Shown here in pieces: positions 62,536 through 64,000 of a stretch of 64,000 nt of DNA. Position 1 is the first letter of the stretch. Each line of letters opens with the position of its first letter. Both the position numbers and the translations under genes were made by a program. This stretch comes from Paraspadella gotoi (Eukaryota > Animalia > Chaetognatha): the NCBI GenBank assembly GCA_051294375.1, contig CM119270.1, positions 14,330,323 through 14,394,322 on the forward strand. Reading direction: 5' to 3'. Below the pieces are notes generated by a model. That model was not told where the DNA came from. It saw nothing but the letters and a program-made list of their open reading frames with translations, and searched no databases.

Positions 62536-64000
62536 ATTTTCGGACGAGTAGTTGGGTATGAAATACTACCACTACACATTATTAAATTATAGGCGTAAGA
62601 ATCTTTACTTTAAGGGATGCATCGCCGCATGAGGAAAAGAGAAAGTATTCGCCAGTTTTCGTCATGGTGGGGAAAGTGAGCGAAAATTCCGTGGTAAGGA
62701 AGAGAGAAGATACGGGAGAGAGAGAGAGAGACTAAGAGGGTGAGGACCAGAACAGCAAATGACGACGTCAAGTCGATGGGTAAGTACGCGTGTTGGAAGC
62801 ATGGATTTGCCCAGACGAGAAAATTATTTTCGAAAAATTAATTATTTAGTTTAATTTATGATCATATTTTGATTTTTGACGATTGTACTTTTGGGTTTGT
62901 ATGTATGTATTCTATGCTGTTTTGCTTTTATTACTTCTAGTTCTAATCAAAGTTGTCCTTCCTGTTTTTGCTTTCAATTTTCTCTTCTTTCGGTTAGACA
63001 TCCGATTATACTTTTAACTTTTTACCAAAAAGTTTTCAGTTTTATATATTATATATACTTTGGTTTCATTTTCAGTTTCAATTCTGAATCCACAAACTTC
63101 TTTTTCAGCCTAAAACCGCCTATATTCCGTTTTAGGGCTCCACTGCTTTTAGTTCTCTCTCCTCCAGTATAAAAAAAAACTTCCAGTTCCCCCCCCCCAA
63201 GGGCTTCGATTTTTTCTCCGACTCCGCATTAGAAGGTGTCACGTTTTGGGCCACATATCTGGGATTCGTCGTTCGGTGGGAGCGGTGGGTGGACGCGTGG
63301 GGAGTTGTGTGGTCTGAGGCGTGGGCAAAAGAGGTCGTGCGAGAGAAGGAGGCGAGGTTGCGCCTTATCTCGAATCGCAGTCAACCGGAAAAAGTAAATC
63401 CTTTTCTACCTGAGAGACGGAGTCACCGAATAACGAGAGAAACGCGTAGAGGATTCTGATATTCTGAGAGAGAGCAGAAGAAGAGAGGAGGGAGAGAGAG
63501 AGAACGAGAGAGAGACTAGAAAGGAGGGAGGAAGGAGAGAGAGAGAAGAGAGAGATTGATTGATTAGTATATGATAGGAAGAAAGAGTACTAGACATGAG
63601 AGAGAGAGAGAGAGAGAAGAGAGAGATAGAGAGAGAGACCGAGAGAGGAGAAGAGAGAGAAAGAGAGAGAGAGAGAGACCAAGAAAAAAAAATAAAGAAA
63701 GAAAGAAGGAAGGAAGAAAGAGCTAGACAGAGAGATATGTCCATGAACAAGAAACTCGTTATTTATTCCCTCCTGGCTTCGCACCTTTTCCGAGGCAATT
63801 TGTCCTTTTCCCTTCCTTTCCTTAATTTCTTTCCTTTCCTCCCTTTTCCTCCGATCTCCTCCCATTTTCCTCCCTCCTTTGCGCTTTGGGCATTTTTGAT
63901 TACGTCATAGTTTATGGCAGATTCGGGTGCCATCGTCATCGGATGCGCTTGACCCGAGGACAAAAGGTAGGTGGGGCGACTGGGGCGTGAGCGCAGGGCC

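Overview
This is a eukaryotic (animal) genomic window, almost entirely non-coding and saturated with microsatellites ((AG/CT)n, (GAC/GTC)n, (AAAG)n, (CAA)n), with many N gaps. The only coding sequence I can support is two minus-strand, splice-compatible exons (23478-23328 and 22455-22267). They encode a glutamine-rich segment resembling the N-terminal region of invertebrate FoxP transcription factors, so much of the window is probably long introns or flanks of a FoxP-like gene. The dominant large-scale structure is one ~7-10 kb non-coding block present four times between ~28.6 and 62.1 kb, plus several smaller noisy direct or inverted duplicates. Nearly all of these abut gaps of exactly 25 N and differ mainly by 1-nt indels, which points to long-read gap-filling artefact rather than a true tandem array. 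Smaller real-looking elements are a TA-flanked MITE, a ~260 bp foldback palindrome, a tRNA-derived SINE-like element, a 16/48-bp higher-order minisatellite and a CCAAT/TATA/G-quadruplex promoter-like patch. I found no convincing new biological system, and almost all ORFs in the supplied track are translations of microsatellites.
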